Position numbers and translations under genes: made by a program. A DNA stretch of 64,000 bases. It comes from Bacilli bacterium. Its GTDB lineage: Bacteria > Bacillota_I > Bacilli_A > RF39 > UBA660. How positions within the stretch are numbered: position 1 is the first letter of the stretch; every line of letters begins with the position of its first letter. Under the pieces are notes generated by a model. It did not search any database. It was not told the origin of the DNA and saw only the letters and a list, made by a program, of their open reading frames with translations. Location of the stretch: NCBI GenBank assembly GCA_041655535.1, contig JBBAFH010000003.1, positions 72,910-136,909 of the forward strand, in the 5' to 3' direction. This document shows, piece after piece, positions 10,506 through 23,735 of the stretch.

Positions 10506-11771
10506 GTGTTTGCAAATTTTAAGCAAATATTTAATCCCAAGAATAAGGATTTACAAAAGAAATTAATTTTTACATTTTTTTCCTTATTCGTATTTAAATT
10601 AGGTACAACAATTATTGTTCCTGGTGTTGATTCAGCACAATTAGGAACAAATAGTTTAGGCTTTTTGGAATTAATTAATGTTATGGGTGGAGGGGCAATG
10701 GCTCAATTTTCAATCTTTGGACTTGGAGTTATGCCTTATATCACTGCATCAATTATCATCCAATTAGCACAAATGGATATAATCCCTTACTTAGCTGATT
10801 TAGCTAAAGAGGGACATACAGGTAGAGTTAAGATAAATAAAATTACTAGAGTTGTTGGTATTATATTAGCCTTTATTCAAGGTTATATAATGTCATTTGC
10901 TTTTATTAAGACAGGAACTGTATTAGAATACATGCAATTTGCTACTGTTCTAACAGCAGGTACCGCTTTCTTGCTTTGGATGGGTGATCAAATCACAACT
11001 AAAGGAATCGGAAACGGCATATCATTAATTATCATGACTGGTATTATAGCAAGTCTTCCTTCAATGTTTTATCAAGCATTTCAAAGTTTTACTGAAGGTG
11101 GTTCTATGTGGGGAACAGTTATGTTTATTGTCTTTATAATCATTTATTTACTTATTGTAATTGGAATAATTTTTGAGCAAACAGCAGAAAGAAGAATTCA
11201 AATTCAATATGCTAATAAATCTACAAGTACATTAGGAAAACAAAATTATATTCCATTTAAATTAAATTCTGCTGGAGTAATACCTGTTATTTTTGCGTCA
11301 TCATTGTTATCAATTCCAGCTATTTTTGCAGGACTTATTAAAAATCCTAAATATGGTGAATTTATTGAAAACTATGTAGCAATGAATAGTCCAACAGGAT
11401 TTATACTGTATATTTTATTAATTGTTGGATTCTCATATTTTTATACATTTTTACAATTAAAACCAAAAGAAATGGCTGAAAATTTACAAAAAAACGGTGG
11501 TTATATTCCTGGTGTAAGACCAGGAGAAGAAACAGTTAACTATATAAACGGGACACTTTATCGTTTAACAATCGTTGGTGCTCTAGCACTTGCAATTATT
11601 GCTGGTCTTCCAATTATATTTAGTTTAGTTTCACAACTACCTGCTTCTGTATCAATCGGTGGTACTGGGGTATTAATTGTTATTGGGGTAGCACTTGAAA
11701 CATATAAAAGTATTGATAGTCAACTAACAAGTCGTACATTTACTCGTACTCGTAAGGGTCGAAGAAAATGA
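10506..11771 (+). CDS. secY: preprotein translocase subunit SecY
   Basis: 421 aa, 10 predicted TM segments. GTG start directly after the rplO stop. Confidence 0.9.
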   Translation: MFANFKQIFNPKNKDLQKKLIFTFFSLFVFKLGTTIIVPGVDSAQLGTNSLGFLELINVMGGGAMAQFSIFGLGVMPYITASIIIQLAQMDIIPYLADLAKEGHTGRVKINKITRVVGIILAFIQGYIMSFAFIKTGTVLEYMQFATVLTAGTAFLLWMGDQITTKGIGNGISLIIMTGIIASLPSMFYQAFQSFTEGGSMWGTVMFIVFIIIYLLIVIGIIFEQTAERRIQIQYANKSTSTLGKQNYIPFKLNSAGVIPVIFASSLLSIPAIFAGLIKNPKYGEFIENYVAMNSPTGFILYILLIVGFSYFYTFLQLKPKEMAENLQKNGGYIPGVRPGEETVNYINGTLYRLTIVGALALAIIAGLPIIFSLVSQLPASVSIGGTGVLIVIGVALETYKSIDSQLTSRTFTRTRKGRRK

Positions 11772-12436
11772 AAAATATAATCTTCGTTGCCCCGCCAGCA
11801 GCTGGTAAGGGAACACAATCTCAAATGATTTCTGAAAGATATAATATTCCTCATATTTCAACTGGATCTATTTTAAGAAATGAGATAGCATCTAATAGTG
11901 AATTAGGATACAAAATTCAACAAGAAATTGAATTGGGTAATTTAGTAAATGATACACTTATTATTGAATTATTACTTAAAAGATTGCAAAACAATGATTG
12001 TATTAATGGTTATATATTGGATGGATTTCCAAGAACAATTAACCAAGCTATTCTATATGATAAAATATTAGAGGAAAGTGAAAGTCAAATTGATTATGTT
12101 TTCTATCTAAAATTACCTATGGAAGAAGCATTTAAAAGAATTGTTGGAAGATTAACTTGTAGTAGCTGTCAAGCTGTATATAATTACATGTATGATAGTA
12201 CAAAACCAAAAGTAGAGGGACATTGTGATAAATGCAATGGTTTATTAGTTAAACGGGATGATGATACTATAGAAGTTTTTGAAAAAAGATTTCAAGTATA
12301 TTCAAATGAAACTGTTCCATTAATAGATTATTATAAAAAACAAAATAAACTCTATGAAATAGATAGTTCAATAAGTAAAGAATACACATTTGAACAAATA
12401 ATTAGTATATTAGATAATGGTGATAAAAATGATTAG
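11768..12436 (+). CDS. adk: adenylate kinase with a zinc-binding lid
   Basis: 222 aa, P-loop GAPGAGKGTQ, lid CSSC...CDKC. Confidence 0.9.
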   Translation: MKNIIFVAPPAAGKGTQSQMISERYNIPHISTGSILRNEIASNSELGYKIQQEIELGNLVNDTLIIELLLKRLQNNDCINGYILDGFPRTINQAILYDKILEESESQIDYVFYLKLPMEEAFKRIVGRLTCSSCQAVYNYMYDSTKPKVEGHCDKCNGLLVKRDDDTIEVFEKRFQVYSNETVPLIDYYKKQNKLYEIDSSISKEYTFEQIISILDNGDKND

Positions 12437-13175
12437 TATTAAGACACCATATGAGATAGAATTAATGGAAATCGCAGGTAGAATTGTCGGTGAGACTCAT
12501 AGACATTTAGAAACTTATATTAAACCTGGAATTACAACTAAGAAATTAGATGAATTAGCGTATAATTTTATAATCAAATCAGGTGCAATACCATCTTTTA
12601 AAGATTATGATGGCTTTCCCGCATCAATTTGTACATCTATAAATGAAGAAGTTGTTCATGGAATTCCTAGTGACCGTAAATTAAAAAATGGTGATATAAT
12701 ATCTATTGACATTGGGGCTTGCTACAAAGGATACCATGGTGATTCCGCTTGGACTTATCCAGTAGGAGAAATAAGTTCTGAAAAAAAGATGCTTTTAGAA
12801 CATACAGAACAATCTCTTTATGAGGGATTGGCTGTAATAAAAGCGGGAGCTCGTGTCGGTGATATTGGTTATGCAATATCTAAATACATTAAAAAATTCA
12901 ATTTGGGCGTTGTTAGAGAACTGGTTGGTCATGGTGTTGGAAGTCAACTTCATGAAATGCCCGATGTACCTAATTATGGAGTACAAGGAACCGGTCCAAT
13001 CTTAAAAGAAGGCATGGTAATCGCTGTTGAACCTATGATTAATTTAGGAACACGTGAAGTATTTATTGGAGATGACGAATGGACAGTTGTTACTGGAGAT
13101 GATTCTCCGTCAGCGCATTTTGAACATACAGTCTTAGTAACAAAAGAAGGATTTAAAATTTTAACGAAGAGGTGA
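12429..13175 (+). CDS. map: methionine aminopeptidase type I
   Basis: [13 protein letters not shown]... The ATG at 12429 is preferred: its N-terminus matches MetAP N-termini, and GGTGA lies 5 nt upstream. The track's start at 12417 is also possible. Confidence 0.85.
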   Translation: MISIKTPYEIELMEIAGRIVGETHRHLETYIKPGITTKKLDELAYNFIIKSGAIPSFKDYDGFPASICTSINEEVVHGIPSDRKLKNGDIISIDIGACYKGYHGDSAWTYPVGEISSEKKMLLEHTEQSLYEGLAVIKAGARVGDIGYAISKYIKKFNLGVVRELVGHGVGSQLHEMPDVPNYGVQGTGPILKEGMVIAVEPMINLGTREVFIGDDEWTVVTGDDSPSAHFEHTVLVTKEGFKILTKR

Positions 13176-13179
13176 TACG

Positions 13180-13398
13180 ATGGCCAAAGAAGATACAATA
13201 GAAGTCGAAGGTAAAGTTTTAGAACTTTTACCAGGGGGAGTATTTCGAGTTGAACTTGAAAACAAACATATAGTGATAGCCCACGTTTCTGGTAAAATCC
13301 GAATGAATCACATTCGCATTTCAGCAGGTGACAAGGTAACTATAGAACTCTCAACATACGATTTAACACGTGGGCGAATAACCTATAGAAAAAATTAG
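13180..13398 (+). CDS. infA: translation initiation factor IF-1
   Basis: 72 aa, [26 protein letters not shown]... Confidence 0.95.
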   Translation: MAKEDTIEVEGKVLELLPGGVFRVELENKHIVIAHVSGKIRMNHIRISAGDKVTIELSTYDLTRGRITYRKN

Positions 13399-13409
13399 GA
13401 GGGATTTAT

Positions 13410-13523
13410 ATGAAAATAAGACCATCAGTAAAAAAAATATGTGATAAATGTAAAGTTATCAGACGTAAGGGAAGGGTACATGTAATTTGCTCTAACCCAA
13501 AACATAAGCAAAGACAAGGATAA
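13410..13523 (+). CDS. rpmJ: 50S ribosomal protein L36
   Basis: 37 aa, [46 protein letters not shown]. Absent from the ORF track because it is under 60 aa. Confidence 0.9.
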   Translation: MKIRPSVKKICDKCKVIRRKGRVHVICSNPKHKQRQG

Positions 13524-13536
13524 TAGGAGGTGTTTT

Positions 13537-13902
13537 ATGGCACGAATTAAAGGTGTAGATATACCAGATAATAAAAGAGTAGAAATATCTTTAACGTATA
13601 TTTTTGGTATAGGGAAAAATTTATCTAAAACAATTTTAAAAACAGTTAATGTTGATGGTAACAAAAAGGTAAGTGAGTTAAGTAATGATGAATTAACGCT
13701 TATCCGTGAAGAAGTCGAAAAACAAATTACTGAAGGTGATTTACGACGTGAAACAAACATGAACATTAAAACAAAAATGGAAATAAACTCTTACGAAGGG
13801 ACACGTCATCGTCGTGGATTACCAGTAAGAGGACAAAGAACAAATCGTAATGCTAGAACTCGTAAAGGAAAAGGAAAAGTAGTTGCTAATAAGAAAAAAT
13901 AA
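13537..13902 (+). CDS. rpsM: 30S ribosomal protein S13
   Basis: 121 aa. Confidence 0.95.
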   Translation: MARIKGVDIPDNKRVEISLTYIFGIGKNLSKTILKTVNVDGNKKVSELSNDELTLIREEVEKQITEGDLRRETNMNIKTKMEINSYEGTRHRRGLPVRGQRTNRNARTRKGKGKVVANKKK

Positions 13903-13928
13903 TTTTTAATTAAAAAGGAGGGTAACTA

Positions 13929-14312
13929 ATGGCTTATAAACCAAGAAAAAGAAAAGTAAAAAAGAATGTTCCAGAAGGAAATGCTTTTATTCATTCAACG
14001 TTCAATAACACAATTGTAACAATTAGTGATAAAGAAGGAAATGCAATTAGTTGGGCGTCAGCTGGAACTTTAGGTTTTAAAGGAAGTAAAAAATCAACAC
14101 CATTTGCTGCTGGAATGTCAGCTGAAGCTGCAGGAAAAGCTGCTGCTGAAGTTGGTATGAAAAAAGTAGAAGTATTTGTAAAAGGATTAGGATCTGGTCG
14201 TGAAACGGCTATTCGTTCATTACAAACTGCTGGTTTAGAAATTACTTCTATAACAGATGTAACACCAATACCACATAACGGATGCCGTCCACCAAAACGT
14301 CCACGTGGTTAA
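13929..14312 (+). CDS. rpsK: 30S ribosomal protein S11
   Basis: 127 aa. Confidence 0.95.
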   Translation: MAYKPRKRKVKKNVPEGNAFIHSTFNNTIVTISDKEGNAISWASAGTLGFKGSKKSTPFAAGMSAEAAGKAAAEVGMKKVEVFVKGLGSGRETAIRSLQTAGLEITSITDVTPIPHNGCRPPKRPRG

Positions 14313-14336
14313 TATAAAGAAAAGGAGTGTGTTAGA

Positions 14337-15290
14337 GTGTTAAACTTTGAAAAACCAACATATAAAATAACTGAGTATATGGAAAATAATAATTATGGAA
14401 AATTCGAATTAGAACCTTTGGAGAGAGGATTTGGTACAACAATAGGAAATGCATTAAGAAGAGTAATGCTATCTAGTTTGCCAGGGAGTGCAATTGCAGC
14501 TGTTAGAATTGATGGGGTAATGCATGAATTCCAAACAATCGAAGGTGTAGTCGAAGATGTTACAACAATTATTTTAAATTTAAAAAGTATTGTTGTTAAA
14601 AACCACTCAAAAGAAGTAAAAGTAATTAGGTTGTCAGTATCAAAAGAACAAGTTGTAACGGCGGCTGATATTGAATTAGATGCTGATATTGAAATTATTA
14701 ACAAAGATCAAGTTATTGCTACCGTATCAAAAGGCGGGAAATTAGATATGGAAATGATTGTAGCTAATGGCCGCGGATATGTTCCATCAAATGAAAACAA
14801 GATTAATGTTGAAGATAGCAAAATCGGATATATTCCAATCGATGCTTTATATTCACCAATCGATCGTGTTAATTACGAAGTTGAAAGTGCTCGTGTGGGA
14901 CAAGATGATAGTTATGACAAATTAACTCTTAATGTGCATACTAATGGCGGAATGAGACCAGAAGATGCACTTGCATTATCTTCAAAAATTTTAATTGAAC
15001 ACTTAAACGTTTTAACAGAATTAAGTGAAATTACAGATATGACAGGTGTCATGACTGCTAAGAAAGAAGATAGTAAACTTAAGAAATTGGAAACATCAAT
15101 TGATGATTTAGATTTTTCAGTTCGTGCTTACAATTGCTTAAAAAGAGCTAATATTAATACACTAGGAGACTTAACAGAAAAATCAGAATTAGAAATGATG
15201 AAAATACGTAATTTAGGTAAAAAATCATTAAAAGAAGTAACTGAAAAAATCAGAGAAATGGGCCTTAAATTCCGTGATGAAGATCAATAG
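14337..15290 (+). CDS. rpoA: DNA-directed RNA polymerase subunit alpha
   Basis: 317 aa, GTG start, ...FELEPLERGFGTTIGNALRRVMLSSLPG... Confidence 0.95.
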   Translation: MLNFEKPTYKITEYMENNNYGKFELEPLERGFGTTIGNALRRVMLSSLPGSAIAAVRIDGVMHEFQTIEGVVEDVTTIILNLKSIVVKNHSKEVKVIRLSVSKEQVVTAADIELDADIEIINKDQVIATVSKGGKLDMEMIVANGRGYVPSNENKINVEDSKIGYIPIDALYSPIDRVNYEVESARVGQDDSYDKLTLNVHTNGGMRPEDALALSSKILIEHLNVLTELSEITDMTGVMTAKKEDSKLKKLETSIDDLDFSVRAYNCLKRANINTLGDLTEKSELEMMKIRNLGKKSLKEVTEKIREMGLKFRDEDQ

Positions 15291-15303
15291 GTAGGAGGAT
15301 ATC

Positions 15304-15651
15304 ATGTATAGAAAATTAGGAAGAGATAATAAACATAGAAGAAGTATGTTAGCAAATTTAACTAAAGACTTAATTATGAATGAACAAATTACAACTACTG
15401 AAACAAGAGCTAAAGAAGTTCGTAAGTTTTTAGATAAAATGGTTACATATGGAAAAAATGGAACATTAGTATCTAGAAGAAAAGCATTAGCTTTCCTACA
15501 AAATGATAATGTTGCAACAAAAAAAGTATTTGACGTTTTAGCACCTAAATATGCTAATCGTAATGGTGGATACACAAGAATTTTAAAATTAAGTGAACGT
15601 CGTGGAGATGACGCTTTAATGGTAATTTTAAAATTAGTAGAAGAAGAATAA
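15304..15651 (+). CDS. rplQ: 50S ribosomal protein L17
   Basis: 115 aa. Confidence 0.95.
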   Translation: MYRKLGRDNKHRRSMLANLTKDLIMNEQITTTETRAKEVRKFLDKMVTYGKNGTLVSRRKALAFLQNDNVATKKVFDVLAPKYANRNGGYTRILKLSERRGDDALMVILKLVEEE

Positions 15652-15668
15652 TTTTCTTCTTTTTTTTA
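15639..15668 (+). terminator. Rho-independent terminator of the ribosomal superoperon
   Basis: AGAAGAA-taatt-TTCTTCT followed by a T8 run. The rplQ stop codon lies in the loop. Confidence 0.6.
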
Positions 15669-15948
15669 TTAATTTTAAAAATTCTACTATATGATTGAGT
15701 TAAATAGTAAATTGCGAAAAAAGGAAAGCGTAAAAGACTAATAATCACAGCTCTTATAAATTGCTTAATAGATAGTAAAGTTATATAAAAATCATGGTAA
15801 TTTGTAAGTGAGATATAATCAAAAAATAATAGGAATACCCCAAAATGTATTTTTATCTTTAAAAATGAATAAATTATGTAATTTTAATATAAAGTTGTTT
15901 TATGAATCGATATGCTATATAATTATAGTAGTGGAAGGTGTTGATAGT

Positions 15949-16701
15949 ATGAAGGCTTTAATTACGGGGGCTAGTTCAGGTATCGGTGCTGATATGGCAC
16001 GAGTTTTATATGATAAAGGTTATGAGTTAATACTTGTTGCTCGTGATAAAAAAAATCTAGAAGCGATAAAAAAAGAATTAGGAGATAACGTAAAAATAAT
16101 TTCAATGGATATATCAAGTACTTTTAATTGTATGAAATTATATAATAGAGTTAAGAAAGAAAAAATTGATATTCTTATAAATAATGCTGGTTTTGGTGTT
16201 TTTGGCGACTTTAGTGAGACAAATTTAGACCGCGAGCTTGATATGATTGATTTAAATATCAAAGCCGTTCATACACTTACAAAAATGTTTTTGCAAGATT
16301 TTAAAGAACGTGATAGCGGTTATATATTAAATGTAGCATCAACAGCAGCTTTCTTATCAGGACCGCTTATGGCTACTTACTATGCAACTAAAGGGTACGT
16401 ATTAAAACTTACAGAAGCTATTTATGAAGAACTTCGTCGCGAAGGTAGTAATGTATATATTGGCGCTTTATGTCCTGGACCAGTTAATACTAATTTTAAT
16501 AATGTGGCAGGAGTGCAATTTTCAGTTAAAGCTATGGAAAGTAAAGTTGTTGCAGAATATGCAATTAATAAAATGATGAAAAGAAAATTAATTATAATTC
16601 CAGGTTTTTTAATTAAATTAAGCGTTTTTATGACAAGAATATTACCAAGAAAATTACTGCTAAAAATAAATTATAAAATTCAAAAAGAAAAAGAAAATTA
16701 A
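15949..16701 (+). CDS. short-chain dehydrogenase/reductase (SDR) family oxidoreductase
   Basis: ATG at 15949 gives MKALITGASSGIGADMAR... (TGxxxGxG), NNAG, and a YxxxK catalytic motif (YYATK). RBS GGAAGGTG. Confidence 0.8.
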   Translation: MKALITGASSGIGADMARVLYDKGYELILVARDKKNLEAIKKELGDNVKIISMDISSTFNCMKLYNRVKKEKIDILINNAGFGVFGDFSETNLDRELDMIDLNIKAVHTLTKMFLQDFKERDSGYILNVASTAAFLSGPLMATYYATKGYVLKLTEAIYEELRREGSNVYIGALCPGPVNTNFNNVAGVQFSVKAMESKVVAEYAINKMMKRKLIIIPGFLIKLSVFMTRILPRKLLLKINYKIQKEKEN

Positions 16702-17032
16702 AACAAAACAGCGATTTACTTAAAATATCAAGCTATATATTACTTATAACTATCATGATGGATAACTTATTGTTTAATTGTGTATAATCTAATTGATGAT
16801 AAAAGAAGATTTAAATTTTAGTATTCGTTTTTAAAAAAAATGTGATATAATATGATTACAATATATAGAAGTATAACACCTACGACAATATAAAACATTT
16901 ATATTGTTTTTAATAGTTTTTCCAACATAAAAGTGAAGAATGGAGGTTAAAATAAAAAAAAGCTATAAATAAACTTGTCGATCAAAATTCAAAAATATTC
17001 ATTCAATAAACTTAAATAAAGAAAGGAAAATT

Positions 17033-17966
17033 ATGAAGAAAATATTGTTAATATTGATGATTATTTTTAATGGTAGTAATGTTTAAGCTTTAGATTCAAC
17101 TAATGCATCTGATAAATATAAATTCAATCAAGCTGGCGGAGAGGAATCATATTTTCAAAACAAGAAAATATCCGAAAAAAGATTATCGGAACTCGAACAT
17201 AATAATAAATATAGGATATATAATAGTAACCGATAATGGAAAAGAATTGTTTAATTGGGATTTTATCGAATATGATCCACTCACAAAAGATTTAAAAGTA
17301 TTGAAAAGCGGAACAATTACAGATATAATTAACACTCCAAAAATCCTAGGTAAGTACAATGAAAAAACAATAATATTTTTCACAGAAAACAATGGGGAAG
17401 TTATAAATTATGAATTTGCCGAATATTTTGAGAAAAGTCTAGTTACTTTAATGAAGAGTAGTGGCAGTATAAAACCTCAAAAGGATTATTTGCCATATAA
17501 TGTATATAATTATTACATTTATGACAATTATATTTATTATTCACTTCTAGATAAATCAGGTAATCAAAGAATTTATAGTTATAATTTGCTTAATAAGGAT
17601 ATTAAAATATTGTTTGAAAATAATAGTAATGAAGGCTTTATTAATAATTATAAATTAAACAAAGAAAATCAATATTTTCAAATTATTTATTCATATAATT
17701 CTAATAGTAAAATTATCATAAAAAAAGGAGATGAAATAACTAAAGAAATTAGCACTAAAATAAATACATTTGATACATTTATAGATGAAAATAGAATCTT
17801 ATTTCATAATCAAGGATTTGAATGGAAAATTTTTGATTTTGAAAAATTAGAATTTAAGTTTTTAAATTTTAATATAAAATCTAATCCAAAATATCATTTT
17901 GTATCTAAAAATAAAATACTAATTTCATCGAAGGATAGTAGATATTTTATTATTGAAATATCTTAA
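17033..17966 (+). pseudogene. disrupted secreted repeat protein (Tyr/Asn-rich beta-propeller-like repeats): in-frame stop after the signal peptide plus a +1 frameshift in an A6 tract
   Basis: Frame 2 reads MKKILLILMIIFNGSNV*ALDSTNASDKYKFNQ... and stops again at 17230. The long ORF (17103..17966) is in another frame. Deleting one A from A6 at 17174-17179 joins the two frames (...SEKDYRNSNIIINIGYIIVTDNG...). Confidence 0.45.
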
Positions 17967-18007
17967 TAAAGGCACATAGCTAATTTTAATGTAAAGGAGT
18001 TGAAAAC

Positions 18008-18796
18008 ATGAGAAAATTATTTTTTTTCCCAATAATGTCGATTTTACTTTTGACGATTGTCCTCGTAATGTTATTATTGAAAATAGGCTTTTACAAGAGT
18101 TCATATAATGTGGTTATTAATAACAGAACAATTGAATTGGAAATACCTAAATATTCTTATTCAAAGATACAAGGGGATGGTTATTTTCAATTCAAAACTT
18201 TAAATAGTACTAAAACCATTAAAAAAAATAGAGAAACTTATTTGAACAATTTATTTGAACAAAATTGTGGTACCAACGAAAATAATTATTATTATGACAA
18301 AAAAAATAATATTACTATTTATGATTATATGATTAATAATAATTTAATATCTAAAACCATTATTTTTAAATATTATATAGGTAATTATTGTAATGACAAA
18401 GAAATGGAAAAGATTGAGCAAGAATTGATTGATTTAAATTTTAGCCTTCAATTTACACCCAATGACAAATGTAGTTTCGAAAAAATGAATGAGGATAACA
18501 TCTATATATATTGTTCTGATAAAACAAAAATTTTATTTCAAAACGAAACAATGCTTTTAAAGGAAGCTTTGTTAGAAAAAAGAGTTAGTATCGAAAAATT
18601 AATAAGAAAATTAGAAATAAGTAGTAGATACGCAGAAGGCATTGAAAAAAAATATAACAATGATATTTTTTATTCGGACTATAATTATAGAATGATAGTT
18701 TGTAATTTAAATAATGAGCAGGAAAAATATATTGTTGGGGATTTAAATTTAAAATATTCTGAATCTATCTGTGAAAACATTGACAACACTAATTAA
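18008..18796 (+). CDS. hypothetical membrane-anchored protein
   Basis: 262 aa, N-terminal TM helix (FFFPIMSILLLTIVLVMLLL). Asn/Tyr-rich with several Cys. Confidence 0.5.
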   Translation: MRKLFFFPIMSILLLTIVLVMLLLKIGFYKSSYNVVINNRTIELEIPKYSYSKIQGDGYFQFKTLNSTKTIKKNRETYLNNLFEQNCGTNENNYYYDKKNNITIYDYMINNNLISKTIIFKYYIGNYCNDKEMEKIEQELIDLNFSLQFTPNDKCSFEKMNEDNIYIYCSDKTKILFQNETMLLKEALLEKRVSIEKLIRKLEISSRYAEGIEKKYNNDIFYSDYNYRMIVCNLNNEQEKYIVGDLNLKYSESICENIDNTN

Positions 18797-18949
18797 AAAT
18801 AAATTGTAAATTCAAAAAGAGAATTAAAACAGTATAATTTTAAAATGTCCAACTTTTGGGGTGCATATCAATTTGATACTGTTTTTTTTGTCGATTTATT
18901 AATGTGGTAGATAAAGTTATTACCTAATAGTATTTTATAGGTGATAATA

Positions 18950-21559
<2,610 letters not shown>

Positions 21560-21610
21560 TTATTTACAATTTAAATGATTATGATATAATGTAATCATAA
21601 GGAGGTCCAA

Positions 21611-21985
21611 ATGAGATTATTTAGATGTGAGATTTGTGGAAATATTGTTGAATTAATCAACGATGGTGGTGGGACATTAGTCTGCTGCGGAGAAGAAATG
21701 GGAGAAATTGCAATAAGTACTGAAGAAAACACTTATGAAAAGCATATCCCATTTGTTGAAAAGGAAGGTAATGAAGTAACTGTTCAAATTGGTAAAACGA
21801 TTCATCCAATGATTGATGCCCACTTTATTGAGTGGATTGCAGTTGTCGAAGAAGATCGTGTTCAAAAAGTGATGCTAAAACAAAATGATGAACCCGTTGC
21901 TAAGATTAATGTGAAAAGTGATAATTTCATCGTATATACTTACTGTAATATTCATGGATTTTATCAAATAAAAAATACTAATTAA
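21611..21985 (+). CDS. dfx: desulfoferrodoxin / superoxide reductase
   Basis: 124 aa. N-terminal desulforedoxin CxxC...CC (CEICGN...VCCGEEM), and a C-terminal neelaredoxin-like region with His ligands and C..H. RBS AAGGAGG. Confidence 0.85.
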   Translation: MRLFRCEICGNIVELINDGGGTLVCCGEEMGEIAISTEENTYEKHIPFVEKEGNEVTVQIGKTIHPMIDAHFIEWIAVVEEDRVQKVMLKQNDEPVAKINVKSDNFIVYTYCNIHGFYQIKNTN

Positions 21986-21995
21986 TTTTAGTATT
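21965..21995. terminator. bidirectional hairpin between dfx (+) and the phosphoesterase gene (-)
   Basis: AAAATACTAA-ttaatt-TTAGTATTTT flanked by A/T runs. Confidence 0.4.
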
Positions 21996-21997
21996 TT

Positions 21998-22876
21998 TTA
22001 TTTAGTTGTTAAACGGTAAAAGTTTATGGACGGCTTATTAAATAAACGGACATCAAGTGTAGAAGTTCCTAAACCACTTGAAATATACATGTTTGTATTA
22101 CCTAAATTATATTGTTCACTATGATATTTCTTCGCCCCAAGGGGGGTAACTAATTTATCAACAAAAGGTAGTCTAACTTGACCATTATGAGAGTGCCCTG
22201 CTAATATCAAGTTGAAATTATCATGTTTAAATTCATCAATAAAATCTGGTTCATGTATAATCATTATATTGTAAGCAGGTTTTATAGTTTTATTATCAGG
22301 ATTATCAAATTCTTTTAAAAACTTAAAATGATTTTCTAATTTTTGTTCAATTGTCATATGCTTGTGCAAATTTGAACTCATTCCGTTAATTAGTATTGGA
22401 GTGGTTCCTTTATTATAAATTAATTGATAGTTATCATTTAAATTGATAAAATCACTATCCTGAACTATTATTTGCCATTTATCAATGCCATTATCATAAT
22501 CATGATTTCCGGCAATAATATATTTACCAATTGTAACATCTATTTTTTTTAGTTGTTCTGTTAGTAATTTCTGTTGTTCGTTGGTTAATTCTATATCTCT
22601 ATCTAGTAAATCGCCACTTATAACAATGATATCTGGTTTTAAAATATTAATTTTTTCAACAATTTTTTTAATTTCTTTTTCTTTAACACTTCGCCCATAG
22701 TGAATATCACTTAAATGAACAATCTTAAAACCATGAAAATTATTTGGAATTGTATTATCAGTTATTTTTATTTCTTTAACCACTAATCCTTTTGTTCCAA
22801 TAAAATAAGCGTAGGCGAAAACTGTTAGAAAAACCAAAATAATAATTCCCATTACAATTAATAATTTTTTTTTCAT
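21998..22876 (-). CDS. membrane-anchored calcineurin-like metallophosphoesterase (YkuE-like)
   Basis: 292 aa. N-terminal TM, then HLSDIHYG, GDLLDR, GNHDYD and LAGHSHNGQ motifs. Confidence 0.8.
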   Translation of the reverse strand: MKKKLLIVMGIIILVFLTVFAYAYFIGTKGLVVKEIKITDNTIPNNFHGFKIVHLSDIHYGRSVKEKEIKKIVEKINILKPDIIVISGDLLDRDIELTNEQQKLLTEQLKKIDVTIGKYIIAGNHDYDNGIDKWQIIVQDSDFINLNDNYQLIYNKGTTPILINGMSSNLHKHMTIEQKLENHFKFLKEFDNPDNKTIKPAYNIMIIHEPDFIDEFKHDNFNLILAGHSHNGQVRLPFVDKLVTPLGAKKYHSEQYNLGNTNMYISSGLGTSTLDVRLFNKPSINFYRLTTK

Positions 22877-22886
22877 CCCTTCACTC

Positions 22887-23588
22887 CTATCCTAGTATAA
22901 GCAATAAAAATTGTAGGGCAATTAAAACCCCGTTATGTAAAAAGTGGAATCCCATAGGAACTAGGATATTATCTGTTTCCTTGAGCATAAGTGCAAAAGC
23001 AATCGCTGGAATACTATAAGGAATAATATAAATAAAATCAATAAGTTCGGTAAATGAACCAACTACATGAAAAGATCCGAAAATAAATGAAGACATAACT
23101 ATAAATAACATATCATCTTTAAATATGTTTCTAAAACTTTGACGGAAGACCAATTCTTCTAAGACTGGTGCAATTAAAACAGCTGAGATAAATACTATGA
23201 TTGGACTAACACTGAAAAGGTTTCTTATGGCTTCTTCATTTGTCGGAAGATCATTAGGTGAGAAGTTTATTATAATCAAGTTTGTTAATGACATAAGGAA
23301 AAGTGCAAAAAGCCAATATTTTAAATATTTTGCAAAATATGTTTTATGGTTCAGTTTCAGATCCCTAATACTTAGCTTAAGTTTATCTCTATAAATAAAG
23401 ATAATTATAGCTACTAATAACAAAGAAACAAATAGTGAATATAGCAAAGCCACATTCTCACTTAAATTCTCTATTCCAAGTAAATGTAGAGGGTAACCTT
23501 TAAATAGAGTTACTATCAAATATAATAAAAAAACACCTGTTCCAATTAATATATTTTTATTCTTATTGTTATAAAAAGAGTCTAACAT
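22887..23588 (-). CDS. CPBP family intramembrane glutamic endopeptidase (CAAX protease / Abi-like)
   Basis: 233 aa, polytopic. Motifs APVLEELVFRQ and FGSFHV / HFLHN. Confidence 0.75.
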   Translation of the reverse strand: MLDSFYNNKNKNILIGTGVFLLYLIVTLFKGYPLHLLGIENLSENVALLYSLFVSLLLVAIIIFIYRDKLKLSIRDLKLNHKTYFAKYLKYWLFALFLMSLTNLIIINFSPNDLPTNEEAIRNLFSVSPIIVFISAVLIAPVLEELVFRQSFRNIFKDDMLFIVMSSFIFGSFHVVGSFTELIDFIYIIPYSIPAIAFALMLKETDNILVPMGFHFLHNGVLIALQFLLLILG

Positions 23589-23735
23589 TTTATCATCTCC
23601 AATATAATTATATCAAAAATAATAAAATTAATATATATATTCATCTTAAAGTTTCCAAAAAGCAAGAATTATGCTATAATGTTTCTAGAAAGGAAGAGTG
23701 GGGTGACCCACTCTTTCATACAGATGGAGGAATTT

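Noticed and set aside
18797-18940. Possible terminator or RNA element between the hypothetical gene and the P-type ATPase (CAGTAT...ATACTG followed by a T8 run)
   Set aside because: The arms are separated by about 42 nt with no internal pairing, so this is not a convincing hairpin. Treated as an ordinary AT-rich intergenic region with a T-run.
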